A DNA stretch of 64,000 nt. It comes from Felis catus. Taxonomy: Eukaryota. Each line of letters starts with the position of its first letter. Position 1 is the first letter of the stretch. The stretch is taken from positions 118,360,001-118,424,000 of the forward strand of contig NC_058368.1 of NCBI RefSeq assembly GCF_018350175.1, read 5' to 3'. A model generated the notes under the pieces. It worked only from the letters and a program-made list of their open reading frames with translations, made no database searches and was not told the origin of the DNA. The position numbers and the translations under genes are program-made. This document shows positions 62,960-64,000 of this stretch, piece by piece.

Positions 62960-64000
62960 ATTTGGGTTTCATTTCTAGACTTGCTTTTGATGTTAGCTTA
63001 GTAGTATCCCAGCTTTCCATGACTCTTCTCAGGGACCCGGCGTTGTGTTCTCATGTGCTTTGACTTTCCTCGTTGTATGGTATCTGTTTGCAAGTGGGAA
63101 GGGCTTAGCATCAGGGTAGAAGGAAAGTGGGGGCTGTGGTAGAGAGGGATGAAGATGATGCCAGGTTCATTTCTTGTTCCCGTCTAAGCAAGTGTCCAGA
63201 CCTCCAACTCGTATGACTCCCGATCCTCCTTGTTGAGGACCATCAGGTCTCTGATGGGACTCTGAGTGGAGAGTGTGTGTTTGTGTGTAGAATTCAGTCA
63301 TCAGCTCACTCTAGGTGCCGCTTCCTGTGTGAGGCATTTTTGATCACAAGATGGGTGGCTGGCTGTGTGGTTTAGTTTGCTGGGGCACAGGGCTGATTGC
63401 TTACTTACTTATTTATTTATTTATTTAATTTATTTTTAATAAAGAGTTTTCTGGACCTAGCTTTGATTGTTTCCTTTGGATTTGAGCTGTGGAATTTCTG
63501 TAGAAACCTTTTGAATTGTGTTTTGCATATTATCCAGTTCTGCTTCCTATCATCTTGGAGCTATACCTGTGCTTCTAATGCTGCCCTAGGGAATAGTGAT
63601 GGTCATAATTAATATCTGCTGATGACGCCCTATGGGCCAGACCTTCTTTAAAATCCTGTACACAATCTCACTGAATCCTCAAAACAGCCTCATAGCTGCT
63701 ATGAGGCAACATCTCCATTTTATAGGTGAGGAAAGGCACGAGATCCATTTGGAAAGATATAGATGCCTTTTTTTTGTTAAAATCCGTAAACGCAAAACAA
63801 AAAACCTAAGCATCCCATTGAAAGAAAGGAATGGGTGCCTTGCTTGAATCATAGGCATATTTTCTAGGCTGCCTGCTAAGGTGTAAGATTCAGTACAGGG
63901 TCTCCCGTGCCCTTTCTTTTTTAGAACTGTTACCAAGGAGATATATTGCCTTCCAAAAGCAAATACAATGAAGATTTCCCCCTGCTTTTGGCTACTCTTT

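Larger units (their letters stand above)
30948..64000 (+). other. ARHGAP26: ARHGAP26 intron 1, 5' part (runs beyond the window)
   Basis: Starts at the GTGAGT donor. No sequence encoding the expected continuation (NLSSAKRKF...) was seen downstream; repeat-rich non-coding composition. Confidence 0.85.

Noticed and set aside
62563..63063. Poly-proline ORF and antisense Arg/Gly ORF
   Set aside because: Translations of the (CCTCCCCCT)n repeat.

Overview
Mammalian genomic DNA, almost certainly from a felid: about 30 tRNA-derived Can-SINEs are present, including a near-consensus SINEC_Fc-type copy. The only protein-coding sequence I can support is the first coding exon of ARHGAP26 (GRAF1), + strand, ATG at 30794, splice donor A|GTGAGT after 30947. 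It lies in a ~1.5 kb CpG island with GC and CCAAT boxes. Bases 1 to ~30,000 are upstream intergenic DNA (FGF1 is the upstream neighbour in mammals but no FGF1 coding exon is visible here). Bases 30948-64000 are the 5' part of the long intron 1; exon 2 is not seen. The rest is a repeat mosaic of SINEs, L1 and L2 fragments, MIRs, ERV1/ERVL/MaLR solo LTRs, MER5/MER44/MER58 DNA-transposon relics and microsatellites. Repeat family names and most boundaries were assigned by eye and are approximate. I found no evidence for a new multi-gene biological system. The best leads are a phase-compatible candidate alternative first exon inside the CpG island, a zero-spacer inverted SINE pair sharing a rare variant, three head-to-head SINE pairs pivoting on TT/AAAA sites, a tail-less tRNA-like insertion, an intact sense LTR upstream of the promoter, and candidate cryptic or recursive splice sites in intron 1.
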